Virus record (IMG/VR): IMGVR_UViG_2778261251_000001
Length of the DNA stretch: 29,693 nucleotides
Source of the DNA: a virus
Taxonomy: Duplodnaviria > Heunggongvirae > Uroviricota > Caudoviricetes
Reading direction: 5' to 3' (one strand)
Each line of letters starts with the position of its first letter. Within the stretch, counting starts at the first letter, position 1. Under the pieces are notes generated by a model that did no database searches, had not been told where the DNA came from, and was given only the letters and a program-made list of their open reading frames with translations. This document shows, piece by piece, positions 15,758 to 29,195 of the stretch. A program made the position numbers and the translations under genes.

Positions 15758-17234
15758 TAACCTGAGCGACGAAGAGCAAATCGAGTTGCTCGAGCTACTC
15801 GAAGAAGAAGAGAACTACCGGAACACACACCTGCTATATGAATTTACGCCATACAGCAAACAGCGTGAGTTCATCGACGCCGGGCATGACTATCCAGAGC
15901 GCTGTTTTATGGCTGGTAACCAGCTTGGTAAGTCATTTACTGGTGCTGCTGAAGTCGCGTTTCACCTTACCGGGCGTTATCCGGGCACAAAAGGCTATCC
16001 GGCTGATGGTAAATATGGTGGGGAGTGGAAAGGTAAGCGTTTCTATGAGCCTGTTGTCTTCTGGATTGGCGGCGAGACAAACGAGACTGTAACCAAAACG
16101 ACTCAACGCATCCTGTGCGGTCGTATCGAAGAGAATGATGAGCCTGGCTACGGCTCCATACCGAAAGAGGACATCATTAGCTGGAAGAAGTCTCCTTTCT
16201 TTCCGAACCTTGTTGATCACCTTCTGGTTAAGCATCACACGGCTGATGGCGTTGAAGATGGCATTTCAATCTGCTACTTCAAGCCATACTCGCAAGGTCG
16301 TGCTCGCTGGCAGGGTGACACAATCCACGGAGTGTGGTTTGACGAAGAACCACCATACAGCATTTATGGCGAAGGGCTTACCCGTACCAACAAATACGGG
16401 CAATTCTCAATCCTGACGTTTACCCCGCTGATGGGGATGTCTGACGTTGTTACCAAGTTCCTGAAGAATCCCAGCAAGTCGCAGAAAGTGGTCAACATGA
16501 CCATCTATGACGCTGAGCACTATACCGACGAGCAGAAAGAGCAAATCATCGCATCCTATCCAGAGCATGAGAGAGAGGCTCGAGCTCGCGGTATTCCTAC
16601 GATGGGTAGTGGTCGAATCTTCCAGATACCGGAAGAGACGATTAAGTGTCAGCCGTTCGAGTGTCCTGATCACTTCTACGTAATTGGCGGGATGGATTTC
16701 GGATGGGATCACCCTCAGGCGCAGGTTCAGCTTTGGTGGGATAAGGACGCAGACACAATCTACGTTTCGCGCGTGTGGAAGGCGAAAGAAAAGACAGCTG
16801 TTCAGGCGTGGGGAGCCGTTAAACCATGGGCGCATAAAGTGCCAACCGCATGGCCCCATGACGGAAACCAGCACGAGAAGGGCGGCGGTGAGCAGCTTAA
16901 AGGGCAGTACGCGGACGCTGGTTTTATGATGTTGCAGGAGCATGCGACATGGCCTGATGGCGGTAACGCTGTGGAGCCTGGAATCACTGAATTGCGCGAC
17001 ATGATGCTTGATGGTCGCTTCAAAGTATTCAACACCTGTGAGCCATTCTTTGAGGAGTTCCGCCTCTATCACCGTGATGAAAACGGGAAGATCGTCAAGC
17101 TTAACGACGACGTGCTATCCGCCGTTCGCTATGCATACATGATGCGCCGCTTCGCAAAAATGATGCGCGACATCAAAAAACCAAAAGAGAAAAAGATACC
17201 AGCCCCAATCAGGCCCATCGCACGGAGAACTTAA
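15735..17234 (+). CDS. terminase large subunit (P22 gp2-type)
   Basis: 499 aa; apparent GTG start overlapping the gp3 end; ATPase N-domain ([11 protein letters not shown] Walker A-like) and nuclease C-domain layout. Confidence 0.9.
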   Translation: MELDAILDNLSDEEQIELLELLEEEENYRNTHLLYEFTPYSKQREFIDAGHDYPERCFMAGNQLGKSFTGAAEVAFHLTGRYPGTKGYPADGKYGGEWKGKRFYEPVVFWIGGETNETVTKTTQRILCGRIEENDEPGYGSIPKEDIISWKKSPFFPNLVDHLLVKHHTADGVEDGISICYFKPYSQGRARWQGDTIHGVWFDEEPPYSIYGEGLTRTNKYGQFSILTFTPLMGMSDVVTKFLKNPSKSQKVVNMTIYDAEHYTDEQKEQIIASYPEHEREARARGIPTMGSGRIFQIPEETIKCQPFECPDHFYVIGGMDFGWDHPQAQVQLWWDKDADTIYVSRVWKAKEKTAVQAWGAVKPWAHKVPTAWPHDGNQHEKGGGEQLKGQYADAGFMMLQEHATWPDGGNAVEPGITELRDMMLDGRFKVFNTCEPFFEEFRLYHRDENGKIVKLNDDVLSAVRYAYMMRRFAKMMRDIKKPKEKKIPAPIRPIARRT

Positions 17235-19400
17235 ATGGCCGACGAAAACAGACTCAATTCCATTCTGTGTAAGTTTGACGCAGACTGGATGGCGAGCGAT
17301 GAAGCCAGAACCGAGGCGACAAATGACCTGTATTTTAGCCGAGTGTCGCAATGGGATGACTGGCTATCAAACTACACCACCCTGCAATATCGCGGACAAT
17401 TCGATGTTGTCCGCCCGGTTGTCAGGAAGTTGGTCGCAGAGATGCGCCGGAACCCTATCGACGTTCTCTTCCGACCAAAAGACGGTGCTAATCCTGATGC
17501 TGCCGATGTGCTGATGGGGATGTATCGTACTGATATGCGCCATAACACGGCAAAAATTGCCGTTAATGTTGGCGTTCGTGAGCAGATAGAGTCAGGCGTT
17601 GGTGCATGGCGTCTGGTCACGCAGTACGAAGACAACGACCCAACAAGCAACAATCAGGTAATCCGACGCCTGCCAATCCATGAAGCCTGCTCACACGTCA
17701 TATGGGACGCCAACAGCAAGCAGATGGATAAGAGCGACGCTAAGCACTGCACGGTGATTAACGCCTTGTCACGCAATGGCTGGAAAGAGTTCGCAGAGGA
17801 TTACGGTATTGATCCTGACACCTTGCCATCTTTCCAGAATCCGAACGATACATGGCTGTTTCCGTGGGTATCGAATGATGTCGTCTACGTCGCTGAGTAT
17901 TACGAGGTCGAAGAGAAGAAGGAGAAGGTCTTCATCTACCGCGACCCGCTGACAGGTGAGCCGGTCAGCTATTACCAGCAGGATATCAAAGACGTCATCG
18001 ACGACCTGGCTAATCGTGGATTCATTAAGGTAGCAGAGCGCAAGGTGAAGCGTCGGCGTGTGTATAAGTCGATCATCACCTGCACGCAGATACTGAAAGA
18101 CCGAGAAAAGATAGCCGGAGAGCATATCCCAATCGTTCCAGTGTATGGAGAATGGTCATTCGCTGGTGACAAGGAGTGCTACGAAGGAGTGGTAAGGCTG
18201 ACGAAAGACGGTCAACGCCTTCGTAACATGATCATGTCATTCAACGCCGATATTGTTGCTCGTTCACCGAAGAAGAAACCGACCTTCTTCCCTGAGCAAA
18301 TCGAAGGCTACGAATACATGTACGGTGGAAATGATGACTATCCGTACTATCTGCAGAACAGGACCGATGAAAACGGTAACGACCTGCCGATTGGTCCAAT
18401 CTCCTACATGGAAAACCCTGAAGTGCCGCAAGCCAACGCTTATATGCTTGAGGCTGCCACCAACGCAGTGAAAGAGGTGGCTAGTCTTGGTGTGGATGCG
18501 CAGGCAGCAAACTCTCAGGTCGCTTTCGATACCGTCAATCAACTGAACATGCGGGCAGACCTTGAGACATACGTGTTTCAGGATAACCTGGCTACCGCAA
18601 TGCGACGTGATGGCGAGATTTATGCCTCAATGGTCAACGATATTTATGACGTTCCTCGTCATGTAACGCTGACACTTGAAGATGGAAGCGAGAAAGACGT
18701 TCAACTCTATGCGCAAGTTGTCGATTACCAGTCCGGCAATGTGGTCACACTCAACGACATTCGTGGTCGCTATGAGTGCTATACAGACGTTGGACCATCC
18801 TTCCAGAGTATGAAGGAACAGAACCGCGCAGAGATTCAGGAGTTACTCACCAAGGTTCCGCAAGGTACTCCAGAGTTCCAGATGCTGATGCTGCAATACT
18901 TCACGCTCCTTGACGGTAAAGGCGTCGAGATGATGCGAGAGTACGCGAACAAGCAACTGGTGATGATGGGGCTGAAGAAACCAGAAACACCTGAAGAGAT
19001 GGAGATGGTACAACAGGCACAACAACAGCCGCAGCAGCCATCAGCAGAGCAAATTCAGGCGCAGGGTATCCTTCTGCAAGGTCAGGCTGAATTGCTCAAG
19101 GCAGAGAACCAACAGGCACAGATTCAGGTTGAAGCCGCCAAGGTTGAAGCCCAAAACCAACTCAACGCCGCGAAGATTGCAGAAATCTTCAACAATATGG
19201 ACCTCGACAAGCAGGCAGAACTGCGTGAGTACCTCAAGCTAGTAGGTCAATTCCAGCAACAGCGCAGCAAAGATGCTCGTGCTAACGCTGAGCTGCTTCT
19301 TAAAGATGCAGACCAGAATCATTCACAACGCATGGATTTCGCGAATCTTATGCGTCAAGTTCAAATCCCCTCCGGCGGAGTAGCCGAGACACCTCAATAA
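17235..19400 (+). CDS. portal protein (P22 gp1-type)
   Basis: 721 aa, directly after the large terminase; long C-terminal Gln/Ala-rich helical barrel region typical of P22-like portals. Confidence 0.9.
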   Translation: MADENRLNSILCKFDADWMASDEARTEATNDLYFSRVSQWDDWLSNYTTLQYRGQFDVVRPVVRKLVAEMRRNPIDVLFRPKDGANPDAADVLMGMYRTDMRHNTAKIAVNVGVREQIESGVGAWRLVTQYEDNDPTSNNQVIRRLPIHEACSHVIWDANSKQMDKSDAKHCTVINALSRNGWKEFAEDYGIDPDTLPSFQNPNDTWLFPWVSNDVVYVAEYYEVEEKKEKVFIYRDPLTGEPVSYYQQDIKDVIDDLANRGFIKVAERKVKRRRVYKSIITCTQILKDREKIAGEHIPIVPVYGEWSFAGDKECYEGVVRLTKDGQRLRNMIMSFNADIVARSPKKKPTFFPEQIEGYEYMYGGNDDYPYYLQNRTDENGNDLPIGPISYMENPEVPQANAYMLEAATNAVKEVASLGVDAQAANSQVAFDTVNQLNMRADLETYVFQDNLATAMRRDGEIYASMVNDIYDVPRHVTLTLEDGSEKDVQLYAQVVDYQSGNVVTLNDIRGRYECYTDVGPSFQSMKEQNRAEIQELLTKVPQGTPEFQMLMLQYFTLLDGKGVEMMREYANKQLVMMGLKKPETPEEMEMVQQAQQQPQQPSAEQIQAQGILLQGQAELLKAENQQAQIQVEAAKVEAQNQLNAAKIAEIFNNMDLDKQAELREYLKLVGQFQQQRSKDARANAELLLKDADQNHSQRMDFANLMRQVQIPSGGVAETPQ

Positions 19401-19413
19401 GAGAGAGTTAATC

Positions 19414-20325
19414 ATGGACCAAACCACCGACATTCAGGCTTCTGAAGAATTAACCCTGCCCGGCAATCATGCAGCGGCATCTGCTGATGGCTTAGTTGTC
19501 GATAATGCCAACGACAACGCAGGTCAGGAAGAAGGCTTTGAGATTGTCCTGAAAGACGATGAGAAACCAAAACAAGACCCGGCAACTAATGCTGAATTTG
19601 CCCGTCGCCGCATCGAACGCAAACGCCAGCGTGAGCTTGAGCAGCAGATGGAAGCGGTTAAGCGTGGAGAGTTGCCGGAGCACCTGCGGGTGAACCCTGA
19701 GTTACCAAAACAACCAGACCCTAACGATTATCTTTCCGAAGATGCACTGGCTAAGTACGACTATGACCAGAGCCGCGCACTGGCTGCCTTCCAGCAGGCA
19801 AACAGTGAATGGCAGATCAAGGCTATGGACGCACGAAGCCAGGCTGTCGCCGAGCAGGGCCGCAAAACTCAGGAGTTCACCCAGCAATCAGCGCAATACG
19901 TCGAGGCCGCCCGTAAGCACTACGATGCAGCGGAAAAGCTTAATATCCCTGACTATCAGGAGAAAGAGGATGCATTCATGCAACTGGTGCCGCCAGCAGT
20001 CGGTGCCGACATCATGCGCCTCTTCCCGGAGAAATCCGCCGCTCTCATGTATCACCTTGGTGCTAATCCTGAGAAAACACGCCAGTTGCTGGCGATGGAC
20101 GGGCAATCCGCGCTGATTGAACTCACTCGACTGTCAGAACGTTTAACTCTCAAGCCTCGAGCAAAGCCTGTTTCAGAAGCCCCGTTACCTGATGAACCCA
20201 TTCAGGGACACGCTGTTGCTGCAAATATCTCTGCGATTGAAAAGCAGATGGAAGCGGCAGCAAACAAAGGGGATGTAGAGACGTACCGCAAGCTCAAGGC
20301 GCAACTGAATAAAGGAATTCGATAA
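19414..20325 (+). CDS. scaffolding protein (P22 gp8-type)
   Basis: 303 aa, acidic and helix-rich, between the portal and coat genes. Confidence 0.85.
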   Translation: MDQTTDIQASEELTLPGNHAAASADGLVVDNANDNAGQEEGFEIVLKDDEKPKQDPATNAEFARRRIERKRQRELEQQMEAVKRGELPEHLRVNPELPKQPDPNDYLSEDALAKYDYDQSRALAAFQQANSEWQIKAMDARSQAVAEQGRKTQEFTQQSAQYVEAARKHYDAAEKLNIPDYQEKEDAFMQLVPPAVGADIMRLFPEKSAALMYHLGANPEKTRQLLAMDGQSALIELTRLSERLTLKPRAKPVSEAPLPDEPIQGHAVAANISAIEKQMEAAANKGDVETYRKLKAQLNKGIR

Positions 20326-21620
20326 TGGCATTAAATGAAGGTCAACTGGTCACGTATGCTCTGGATGAAATCATCGAAACCGTCCAGAACCTGACGCCAA
20401 TGGCGTCCAAAGTGACAAAATACACCCCTCCGGCAGAATCCATGCAGCGTTCAAGCAACACCGTGTGGATGCCTGTTGAGCAGGAAGCGCCAACCCAGAC
20501 TGGCTGGGATTTAACTGGCAACGCAACCGGGATTCTGGAACTCTCCGTGAAATGCAACATGGGCGATCCGGATAACGATTTCTTCGAGCTTCGTGCAGAT
20601 GACCTGCGTGATGAGCGTTCTTACCGTCGCCGCATCCAGGCATCCGCCAAAAAACTGGCGAATAACATTGAGTCAGCGATTGCCAAACAGGCAACTGAAA
20701 TGGGCTCGCTTGTTGTTCACGATACCCGCGCAATTGGTCCATCTACTGGCCTTTCTGGCTGGGATTTTGTGTCTGATGCAGAGCGCCTGATGTTCTCCCG
20801 TGAGCTAAACCGCGATATGGGCATCAGTTACTTCCTGAACCCTGACGATTACCGCAAAGCAGGCCGCAACCTGGTAGATGGTGACATCTTCGGGCGCGTT
20901 ACTGAAGACGCGTATCACAACGGTACTATTCAGCGTCAGATTGCTGGCTTTGATGAAATTCTTCGCTCACCGAAACTTCCCGCAGTTACCAAGTCAACCG
21001 CTACTGGTGTAACTGTTTCTGGTGCGCAGAAGTTTAAGCCGCAGGCATACACCCTTGATACCGATGGTAACAAAGAGAACGTCGATAACCGTGTTGCAAC
21101 GGTGACCGTATCCTCCACCACCGGATTTAAGCGCGGCGACAAAATCAGCTTCACTGGTGTGAAATTCCTGTCTCAGATGGCGAAGAACGTGCTGACTGAT
21201 GATGCGACTTTCTCAATCACCCGTGTGATCGATGGTACTCACATCGAAATCACGCCGAAGCCGATTGCGCTGGATGACGCGTCACTGACAAAAGAAGAGA
21301 AGGCTTACGCTAACGTAAACACCTCTCTTGCTGATACCACTCCGGTAAACGTTCTGAACGTGGCAACAACCACCGCTAACGTGTTCTGGGCTGATGACTC
21401 AATCCGTCTGCTGTCTCAGCCGATCCCGGTAACCCATGAACTGTTTGCTGGCATGAAAACGTCTTCCTTCAGCATTCCTGGTATTGGTGTTAACGGCATC
21501 TTCGCAACGCAGGGGGATATCAACACTCTGTCTGGCAAGTGCCGTATTGCTGTGTGGTATTCAGCATGTGCTGTACGACCAGAGGCAATTGGTGTTGGTC
21601 TGCCTAACCAGACCGCGTGA
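20325..21620 (+). CDS. major capsid (coat) protein (P22 gp5-type)
   Basis: 431 aa; start overlaps the scaffold stop (TAATG); followed by a strong intrinsic terminator. Confidence 0.9.
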   Translation: MALNEGQLVTYALDEIIETVQNLTPMASKVTKYTPPAESMQRSSNTVWMPVEQEAPTQTGWDLTGNATGILELSVKCNMGDPDNDFFELRADDLRDERSYRRRIQASAKKLANNIESAIAKQATEMGSLVVHDTRAIGPSTGLSGWDFVSDAERLMFSRELNRDMGISYFLNPDDYRKAGRNLVDGDIFGRVTEDAYHNGTIQRQIAGFDEILRSPKLPAVTKSTATGVTVSGAQKFKPQAYTLDTDGNKENVDNRVATVTVSSTTGFKRGDKISFTGVKFLSQMAKNVLTDDATFSITRVIDGTHIEITPKPIALDDASLTKEEKAYANVNTSLADTTPVNVLNVATTTANVFWADDSIRLLSQPIPVTHELFAGMKTSSFSIPGIGVNGIFATQGDINTLSGKCRIAVWYSACAVRPEAIGVGLPNQTA

Positions 21621-21628
21621 TAACCAGA

Positions 21629-21650
21629 GGGAGCTTCGGCTCCCTTTTTT
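21629..21650 (+). terminator. Rho-independent terminator after the coat gene
   Basis: GGGAGC-TTCG-GCTCCC perfect hairpin followed by TTTTTT. Confidence 0.8.
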
Positions 21651-21664
21651 ATCTGGAGACAAGC

Positions 21665-21919
21665 ATGACACACATGATCTTTCGTCATGGAGACATGAAG
21701 AAGTGGAAAGGCGTTGGATACGACTTTGAAATCGTGAAAGCCGAAGAGCTTCAGGAATATCTGGATGCTGGCTGGTTTGCACATCCCGATGACCTTCTGA
21801 AGGATGTTGCAGAGTCAGAGCCAGAGCTAGAACCAGAGTCAGAGCCAGAAGAAAAACAGCGTAAAAAGCCTGGTCGAAAACCTAAGGCGGTAGCAGATGA
21901 ACCTGACAACGAAGGGTGA
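21665..21919 (+). CDS. hypothetical 84-aa protein with acidic SEPE/LEPE repeat tail
   Basis: ATG 21665 with GGAGA Shine-Dalgarno (the track's 21617 start is a GTG overlapping the coat stop); C-terminus [25 protein letters not shown]. Confidence 0.5.
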   Translation: MTHMIFRHGDMKKWKGVGYDFEIVKAEELQEYLDAGWFAHPDDLLKDVAESEPELEPESEPEEKQRKKPGRKPKAVADEPDNEG

Positions 21920-22397
21920 TTTAGTTCTTGCGGCATTACGTAAGCTCGGTGTGGCATCAAATGCCACGTTAACCGATGTCGAACCGCAGTCTATGGAAGA
22001 TGGCGTCAACGACCTTGAAATGATGATGGCTGAATGGCTTGGCGGTGATGCGTCACCTGGGATCAACGTTGGCTACATTTTCGCTGATGCAGATGTCGCT
22101 CCAGATCCGGGCGATGAGCACGGCTTATCAAATAACGCTATAAATGCCGTCATTTTCAACCTTGCCTGCCGCATTGCTCCAGATTATGCGCTGGAAGCGC
22201 CAGCAAAACTTATAACCACTGCCAGATACGGGAAAGAGCGACTCGTCAAACCGTCTGCAATGGACAGAGCAAAAGCCGCTAAATGTAAGTCCGGTTATCC
22301 AAACCGTATGCCTGTTGGTAGCGGTAACCAGTTGGCGAAGTGGAATGGTTGGAATTACTTCCACCGAAAGGAACCTTGCGATAACGGGAGCGAATAA
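21897..22397 (+). CDS. head completion / tail adaptor protein (P22 gp4-type)
   Basis: 166 aa; [27 protein letters not shown]...[13 protein letters not shown] resembles P22 gp4; position before gp10. Confidence 0.8.
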   Translation: MNLTTKGDLVLAALRKLGVASNATLTDVEPQSMEDGVNDLEMMMAEWLGGDASPGINVGYIFADADVAPDPGDEHGLSNNAINAVIFNLACRIAPDYALEAPAKLITTARYGKERLVKPSAMDRAKAAKCKSGYPNRMPVGSGNQLAKWNGWNYFHRKEPCDNGSE

Positions 22398-23816
22398 ATG
22401 CCGATTCAGCAACTTCCGCTTATGAAAGGTGTCGGCAAAGACTTTCGAAACGCCGACTATATCGACTATCTGCCAGTGAATATGCTGGCTACACCCAAAG
22501 AAATCCTGAACAGCAGCGGATATCTTCGCTCATTCCCTGGCATTGCCAAACGCTCTGATGTGAACGGTGTATCTCGCGGCGTCGAGTACAACATGGCGCA
22601 GAATGCTGTTTATCGTGTGTGTGGTGGCAAGCTGTACAAAGGAGAAAGTGAAGTCGGTGACGTCGCCGGAAGTGGTCGCGTATCAATGGCGCATGGTCGT
22701 ACATCTCAGGCGATAGGTGTTAATGGTCAACTGGTCGAGTATCGCTATGATGGCACGATTAAAACCGTCTCAAACTGGCCTACAGATAGTGGATTCACTC
22801 AGTATGAGCTAGGTTCGGTTCGTGACATTACGCGCTTACGTGGGCGTTATGCGTGGTCAAAAGACGGCACTGATTCATGGTTTATCACTGATCTTGAAGA
22901 CGAATCGCATCCTGACCGCTACAGCGCACAATATCGTGCCGAGTCTCAGCCGGACGGCATCATCGGCATCGGCACATGGAGAGACTTCATCGTCTGCTTT
23001 GGTTCATCGACGATTGAATATTTCTCCCTGACTGGTGCAACCACCGTTGGTGCTGCTTTGTATGTCGCACAGCCATCACTGATGGTGCAGAAAGGCATTG
23101 CCGGGACTTACTGCAAAACGCCGTTTGCTGACTCGTATGCGTTCATCAGCAATCCGGCAACAGGTGCGCCGTCTGTATACATCATCGGCTCCGGTCAGGT
23201 ATCACCAATCGCCAGCGCGAGCATTGAGAAAATACTACGCTCCTACACTGCTGATGAACTGGCTGAAGGCGTGATGGAATCGCTGCGGTTTGATGCGCAT
23301 GAGTTGCTGATTATCCATCTTCCGCGCCATGTTCTCGTATACGACGCATCTTCAAGCGCCAATGGTCCGCAATGGTGTGTATTGAAAACAGGCCTGTATG
23401 ACGATGTGTACCGCGCTATCGACTTCATTTACGAAGGCAATCAGATAACGTGCGGCGATAAGCTGGAATCGGTGATCGGGAAATTGCAGTTCGATATCAG
23501 CAGCCAGTACGACAAGCAACAGGAACACCTGCTGTTTACTCCGTTGTTCAAAGCGGATAACGCCAGATGCTTTGATCTGGAGGTGGAATCATCGACTGGT
23601 GTTGCGCAGTATGCTGACCGCCTGTTCCTCTCTGCAACCACTGACGGCATCAATTACGGTCGTGAGCAGATGATTGAGCAGAATGAACCGTTCGTTTACG
23701 ACAAACGCGTTTTGTGGAAGCGAGTTGGGCGCATCAGGAAAAATGTCGGCTTCAAATTGCGCGTTATCACTAAGTCACCTGTCACTCTGTCAGGCTGCCA
23801 GATAAGGATTGAGTAA
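22398..23816 (+). CDS. tail hub protein (P22 gp10-type)
   Basis: 472 aa, the same length as P22 gp10 as I recall it; position between gp4 and the tail needle. Confidence 0.85.
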   Translation: MPIQQLPLMKGVGKDFRNADYIDYLPVNMLATPKEILNSSGYLRSFPGIAKRSDVNGVSRGVEYNMAQNAVYRVCGGKLYKGESEVGDVAGSGRVSMAHGRTSQAIGVNGQLVEYRYDGTIKTVSNWPTDSGFTQYELGSVRDITRLRGRYAWSKDGTDSWFITDLEDESHPDRYSAQYRAESQPDGIIGIGTWRDFIVCFGSSTIEYFSLTGATTVGAALYVAQPSLMVQKGIAGTYCKTPFADSYAFISNPATGAPSVYIIGSGQVSPIASASIEKILRSYTADELAEGVMESLRFDAHELLIIHLPRHVLVYDASSSANGPQWCVLKTGLYDDVYRAIDFIYEGNQITCGDKLESVIGKLQFDISSQYDKQQEHLLFTPLFKADNARCFDLEVESSTGVAQYADRLFLSATTDGINYGREQMIEQNEPFVYDKRVLWKRVGRIRKNVGFKLRVITKSPVTLSGCQIRIE

Positions 23817-24664
23817 TGGCTGATTCGAATCTCAATGTGCCGGTAATCATTCAGGCTACACGGCTCGACACATCAGTCCTTCCACGCAATATCTTCTCGC
23901 AGTCGTATCTGCTTTACGTTATCGCACAGGGTACTGATGTTGGTAACGTGGCGAACAAAGCCAACGAGGCCGGACAGGGTGCTTATGACGCACAAGTCAG
24001 GAACGATGAGCAGGATGTGATTCTCGCTGACCATGAGCAGCGAATTTCTGCTGCGGAAGCAACGCTTGTTAATCATGAGGAGCGAATCAGCCAGGCAGAA
24101 TCAACTCTTCAGGAACATGAAACGCGAATCGCTCAGAATGAAAGCGATATTGCGTCGCTTGATACCAGAGTTCAGTCGCTGGAGTCGCAGGTTTCAGACC
24201 ATGAATCGCGCATCGATTCTCTGGAGTATGCCACTACTCGCAAAAAGTCAGAGGTTGTTTACTCTGGCGTATCTGTAACCATTCCGACAGCGCCGACCAA
24301 CCTTGTTAGCCTGCTGAAAACGCTCACGCCGTCATCAGGCTCGTTGGCACCATTCTTCGACACCGTTAACAACAAGATGATTGTGTTCAACGAGAACAAA
24401 ACCTTGTTCTTCAAGCTGTCGATCGTCGGGACGTGGCCCAGCGGAACAGCCAACAGGTCAATGCAGCTAACCTTTTCCGGCTCTGTTCCTGACACACTGG
24501 TAAGCAGTCGCAACTCGGCTACAACAACCGATAACATCCTGTTAGCTACGTTCTTCAGCGTGGATAAAGACGGCTTTCTTGCCACAAATGGCAGCACGTT
24601 AACCATCCAGTCAAATGGTGCGGCGTTTACTGCCACAACTATCAAAATCATTGCGGAGCAGTGA
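23816..24664 (+). CDS. tail needle protein (gp26-type) with extended C-terminal domain
   Basis: 282 aa; N-terminal gp10-docking region and a central heptad-repeat coiled coil ([65 protein letters not shown]); about 110 aa of beta-rich C-terminal sequence, longer than the 233-aa P22 needle. Confidence 0.8.
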   Translation: MADSNLNVPVIIQATRLDTSVLPRNIFSQSYLLYVIAQGTDVGNVANKANEAGQGAYDAQVRNDEQDVILADHEQRISAAEATLVNHEERISQAESTLQEHETRIAQNESDIASLDTRVQSLESQVSDHESRIDSLEYATTRKKSEVVYSGVSVTIPTAPTNLVSLLKTLTPSSGSLAPFFDTVNNKMIVFNENKTLFFKLSIVGTWPSGTANRSMQLTFSGSVPDTLVSSRNSATTTDNILLATFFSVDKDGFLATNGSTLTIQSNGAAFTATTIKIIAEQ

Positions 24665-25131
24665 TGGAAATAAAGCTCATCGATAATCCGGTGAAGCTTG
24701 CAGAATTCCTCAACAACCCGGCAAACACGGGAAATATCGTAGATAGTGGAGATAAATACTACATCAAGCCTGATGCGGTATACCTCGGCATCTACGAAGG
24801 ATTAGTGCTGGCTGGCGTTCATGAAGTGCGTAACTTCTGGCATAGCGTTGTTGAATGCCATGCGGTGTACGACCCCGGATTCCGTGGTGAATATGCACTG
24901 CAAGGGCATCGATTATTCTGCAAGTGGCTTCTCGAAAACTCACCATTCCTTAACAGCATTACCATGGTTCCTGACACCACGAAATACGGACGGGCAATTA
25001 TCCGTTTGCTTGGCGCTACCCGTGTTGGTCACCTTGATGATGCGTACATGAGTAACGGAAAACCGGTTGGAATCACCCTCTATCAATTACCTCGTTCAAA
25101 ATATGAGGAGCTATTAAATGTTAGTACTTAG
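24664..25131 (+). CDS. gp14-type protein (injection apparatus assembly)
   Basis: 155 aa; position between tail needle and ejection proteins as in P22 (26-14-7-20-16); ATG 24664 overlaps the needle stop. Confidence 0.65.
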   Translation: MEIKLIDNPVKLAEFLNNPANTGNIVDSGDKYYIKPDAVYLGIYEGLVLAGVHEVRNFWHSVVECHAVYDPGFRGEYALQGHRLFCKWLLENSPFLNSITMVPDTTKYGRAIIRLLGATRVGHLDDAYMSNGKPVGITLYQLPRSKYEELLNVST

Positions 25132-25798
25132 CGAAAGCTTCAAGAATAAATTGCTTCCCATGAATGGGTATATGAAAGGCGGCAGCGACTCCGGATCTAA
25201 AGCCCAGGCACGCGCAACTGAAAAGGGCATCGAACTGCAGCGTGAAATGTGGCAAACGAACATGCAGAACCTTGCACCGTTCACGCCACTCGCTAAGCAG
25301 TACGTATCACAGTTGCAGAATCTTTCCTCTCTTCAGGGGCAAGGTCAGGCGCTTAACCAGTATTACAACTCTCAGCAGTATAAAGACCTTGCAGGGCAGG
25401 CACGCTATCAGAGTCTGGCAGCAGCAGAGGCAACGGGTGGATTAGGCTCTACAGCAACAGGAAACCAGTTAGCAGCAATCGCACCTACACTCGGTCAAAA
25501 CTGGCTGTCAGGTCAGATGAACAACTACAACAATCTGGCAAACATTGGCCTTGGTGCTCTTACAGGTCAGGCAAACGCTGGGCAGAACTACGCTAACAAC
25601 GTCAGCCAATTGTATCAACAGCAGGCGGCAGCATCTGCGGCGAATGCTAACCGACCATCAGGACTGCAATCAGCCTTGGGAGGTGCCATGAGCGGTGCGG
25701 CATCAGGGGCGATGATTGGCTCTGTGGTGCCAGGAATAGGTACAGCTGTTGGCGCTATTGGTGGCGGTATTATCGGTGGTCTTGGATCATTGTTTTAA
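25118..25798 (+). CDS. ejection protein gp7-type (internal virion protein)
   Basis: 226 aa; GAGGAG Shine-Dalgarno 7 nt upstream; Gln/Asn/Gly/Ala-rich low-complexity composition with a glycine-rich hydrophobic C-terminus. Confidence 0.7.
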   Translation: MLVLSESFKNKLLPMNGYMKGGSDSGSKAQARATEKGIELQREMWQTNMQNLAPFTPLAKQYVSQLQNLSSLQGQGQALNQYYNSQQYKDLAGQARYQSLAAAEATGGLGSTATGNQLAAIAPTLGQNWLSGQMNNYNNLANIGLGALTGQANAGQNYANNVSQLYQQQAAASAANANRPSGLQSALGGAMSGAASGAMIGSVVPGIGTAVGAIGGGIIGGLGSLF

Positions 25799-25807
25799 GG
25801 TGGGAAT

Positions 25808-27079
25808 ATGGCTAGTTGGCAACAAGGAATCAACTCAGGCGGCTTTCTTGCTGGTATCGGTGGGCAAAACTCAAATGCGCCAAAGGCAAGTGATGTAAGT
25901 GAGGCGTTGGCCTATATTCGCCAGAACAACGAAATGGAGCGCTCAGGTCGCAATAACATCGGCCTTCAGGCGTTGCAGGGGCCTGGTAGTGTCGCTCAAA
26001 CATATCAAGCCGCAAAGCAACAGGAAGCGGGTGCTGCATTCCAAAAAGAATATGCGGCAGCCATCCAGTCAGGTGATCGGCAGCAGGTGCGAGATCTGAT
26101 GACCAAATATCCTGGTCAATTAGAGAAGATTCAGTCTGGTATGAAGTGGGCAGACGAAGACCAGCGCAATTCTATCGGCACCTTAGCGGCTGGCGCACGC
26201 CTTGCGTCATCGTCTCCAGAAGCAATGCAATCATGGCTGCAAAACAACGCCAAGGAACTGGCGCGCGTCGGTGTTGACCCTAACAGCGTTGCTCAGATGT
26301 ATCAGCAAAACCCTTCAGGATTTGGTGAGTTTGTTGATCACCTTGGAATGGCTGCTCTTGGTCCGATTGATTACTTCAATGTTCAGGACAAGATGGTTGG
26401 TCGCCAGCAGGATCAACAAAGAATTAACGAAACAATCCGTAATAATGACATGACAAATGCCAGAGGGTGGGCAAGCAACAATATTGCGCAACAAAATGTC
26501 AATCTTCGTCGGATGGAATTAGAGGACAAGAAATACGACAGACTCATCGCAAATGAAACTAATGCCTTAAAACTTGCTGAATTGCAGGACAAGAGATTGC
26601 AGAATCAGCAAGCTATGGAGCAGGCAAAGCGAGATAAGGCCGATGCGTACAACTCTGGAATGGATAATCTCTCCAGAACGATAGAGACGGCTACAAAAGT
26701 TCTTAATAGCCCAGGATTCACGGGATATTTCGGAACAAACCTAAACCCACTATCGAGTAGATTCATTCCAGGAACAGAGGCTGCTGATACAGAAACTCTG
26801 GTTGACACACTGAAATCTCAGGGATTCTTATCTGGCATTCAGCAGATGAAAGGGATGGGGGCTTTAAGTAATGCCGAGGGGCAAAAGGTAATGGATGCTA
26901 TTGGTAGTTTGTCCCCAAATCAGTCTGAAAAATCAGCCAGAGCAGCTATCAAAACAATCATAAAAACCACTGAGATGGCTCAGAAACGTATGCAACAGAA
27001 ATACGGGAAGGACATACAACCGTCTCAACAGCAGCTTTCTGATGATGACCTGATTAATAAATATCTCGGAGGGCAGTAA
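25808..27079 (+). CDS. ejection protein gp20-type
   Basis: 423 aa; order and size match P22 gene 20. Confidence 0.75.
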   Translation: MASWQQGINSGGFLAGIGGQNSNAPKASDVSEALAYIRQNNEMERSGRNNIGLQALQGPGSVAQTYQAAKQQEAGAAFQKEYAAAIQSGDRQQVRDLMTKYPGQLEKIQSGMKWADEDQRNSIGTLAAGARLASSSPEAMQSWLQNNAKELARVGVDPNSVAQMYQQNPSGFGEFVDHLGMAALGPIDYFNVQDKMVGRQQDQQRINETIRNNDMTNARGWASNNIAQQNVNLRRMELEDKKYDRLIANETNALKLAELQDKRLQNQQAMEQAKRDKADAYNSGMDNLSRTIETATKVLNSPGFTGYFGTNLNPLSSRFIPGTEAADTETLVDTLKSQGFLSGIQQMKGMGALSNAEGQKVMDAIGSLSPNQSEKSARAAIKTIIKTTEMAQKRMQQKYGKDIQPSQQQLSDDDLINKYLGGQ

Positions 27080-29193
27080 TGACCTATAGTCGCGAACAGT
27101 TGATGACGGCGTTAAGGAATGCTGATGCTGCCGGCGATACTGAGGGAGCACGTCGCATTGCTCAGATGCTGTCTTCTGGTGATCAATCCACTCAAAACCA
27201 ATCGCAGCCAGAAGAACAATCTCTGGTAGGAAAAGCCACTGACTGGCTCACTGGTGGTCAAAGCGCAGGGCAAATTGCAGAACAGGCTGGCCGTGGTCTG
27301 GTAAACATACCATTTGACGTATTGCAGGGTGGCGCAAGTCTGATTAATGCAATCAGCCAGGGGCTTGGTGGCCCCAAGGTTTTGGATGATGTCTATCGTC
27401 CAGTCGATCGACCGACAGACTCTTACGCACAAGCCGGTGAAACAATTGGTGGGTATCTCCTGCCAATTGGCACAGCGGCAAAAGCTGCTGGAGCGCCAGC
27501 AAAGCTCGCAGGAGACATCGGTTCCGCAGGAAACATGATTGCCGGTTCTCTTGCTGATGCTGCAAATCAGGAGGGTGATTTTGCACAAAATGCTGCCATT
27601 AACGGTGGTATCAATATTGGTGCTCAAGGCGTTCTTTCAGGTGTCGGGCGCGTTATTGCGCCAAGGGTTTCACAGGCTCTTGGTGGTGCAGCACTGAATT
27701 CTGCTAATGATGTTTCCAGGATGGCAAAGTCAGGTGCTGGGCGTCAGTCAATTGCCAGTCAGGCCGCTAATGTGTCCGAAGATGTAGCAAAAGCGGCTGA
27801 GTCTGCTGGAATTGATATAAACGCATTAACACCAGGAATGCGATCTGGAAGTCGTGGAATTGCACAAGCCGAAGGCGCATTGGCATCAACACCAGGGATT
27901 GTTCAGGATGCCCATCAGGCAGCATTTAACGAAATATCATCAAAGTTAAGTCGAAACCTTGATGAATTTGGGGCCGCATCTGGAACGGCATCAGAAAAAA
28001 GTGCGGCTATAAAACAAAGGATTCTTCAAAATCTTGATCAGATGAAGGATGCTGAGCGCGCGGCATGGGATGACGTGCGGTCAACAATGCCAAATCAAAA
28101 AGCAAGAATGCTAAATGGTAATGCCGTTATTCAGGCAGAGCGATCTGCTGGCATACCGCTTACTCCTGAAATGAAACAGTTTGTTCAGGCAAACAATCAA
28201 GGTGGAGTAACATTTGATGGCATGAAAGCATGGAGAGCGAAATTTGCTGATGCGGAGCAAAAATATAAGCGTAGCGGAGAGGCAAATGCGGCAAGGAGAG
28301 CAGGGGAAATACGTCGGGCAATTACTGATGATATGCGCACAATGGCGGAAAACGGCGGATTTTTTGATGACTGGCAAAAAGCTAATGATCTGTCTAAAGC
28401 GAGGCTATCCGCACAAGAGAGTGCAGAGTCTGTTTTTGGGCGTGATTTGGCAACAGATGCACTGATTACGAATGGAGTAAAATCTCTTCAATCATCGTCA
28501 GCTAAAGGTCTTAATGGTCCTGCTGGATTCCATTCTATGATCCGCGCGCTGCCAGAATCAGAGCGTGTTCCTGCTATATCATCAATGTTGCAGGATGCTA
28601 TCTCGCATGGTGTACGTGGTGGCAAATCTGATGCAGCAGGAATTAACCATATCGCAGAGATACTCACTCCACAAAATGTAAAAGCCATTAGCATATATTC
28701 CTCAGAACTCGGAAGAATTGCTGATGCATATGGCACTCTTGCAAGAGCAGCAGTGAAACCTCAGCAGTATATTGAAAGAACAGGGAGAACTGCCAATGTA
28801 CTACGCGATCTGGATGCCGGTTTATCCAACGTCACATCAACAGTGTTAAATGCAATTGCCAACTCAACATCAGGTGCCATTGTTGGTGGAGCAGGAGGGG
28901 GCATTGCAGGCGCTGCCGCAGGTGCTTTAGTTGGCGCCGGGTTAAAAGGTGCTGTATCTAAAATTGCCACCACGCGTAGCGGTCGATATGCGATAGAGAA
29001 AGCAGTTCAGGAAGCCACGAAAGCAGTAAGAGCTGGCGGAAGTAAAGAAGCATTAGCGGCGGCTGAACGCAGATTTATGGCAAATAAAGCCGCCGTAAAA
29101 GCAATACGCGATGCTATTGGTAGCGATGAATTCAATCGCTTGTCGAGAGCTGGTATTGTCGCCTCGTTAAGCGGTATGAATGAATATGAATAG
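27079..29193 (+). CDS. ejection protein gp16-type
   Basis: 704 aa; large Ala/Gly-rich internal protein; last gene of the P22-type 26-14-7-20-16 block. Confidence 0.75.
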   Translation: MTYSREQLMTALRNADAAGDTEGARRIAQMLSSGDQSTQNQSQPEEQSLVGKATDWLTGGQSAGQIAEQAGRGLVNIPFDVLQGGASLINAISQGLGGPKVLDDVYRPVDRPTDSYAQAGETIGGYLLPIGTAAKAAGAPAKLAGDIGSAGNMIAGSLADAANQEGDFAQNAAINGGINIGAQGVLSGVGRVIAPRVSQALGGAALNSANDVSRMAKSGAGRQSIASQAANVSEDVAKAAESAGIDINALTPGMRSGSRGIAQAEGALASTPGIVQDAHQAAFNEISSKLSRNLDEFGAASGTASEKSAAIKQRILQNLDQMKDAERAAWDDVRSTMPNQKARMLNGNAVIQAERSAGIPLTPEMKQFVQANNQGGVTFDGMKAWRAKFADAEQKYKRSGEANAARRAGEIRRAITDDMRTMAENGGFFDDWQKANDLSKARLSAQESAESVFGRDLATDALITNGVKSLQSSSAKGLNGPAGFHSMIRALPESERVPAISSMLQDAISHGVRGGKSDAAGINHIAEILTPQNVKAISIYSSELGRIADAYGTLARAAVKPQQYIERTGRTANVLRDLDAGLSNVTSTVLNAIANSTSGAIVGGAGGGIAGAAAGALVGAGLKGAVSKIATTRSGRYAIEKAVQEATKAVRAGGSKEALAAAERRFMANKAAVKAIRDAIGSDEFNRLSRAGIVASLSGMNEYE

Positions 29194-29195
29194 CT

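Noticed and set aside
16407-17072. 221-aa minus-strand ORF inside the large terminase gene
   Set aside because: Entirely antisense to the well-supported large terminase; long antisense frames are common in such coding regions.
27112-27627. 171-aa minus-strand ORF inside the gp16-type gene
   Set aside because: Antisense to the ejection protein gene; Cys-rich nonsense-like translation.
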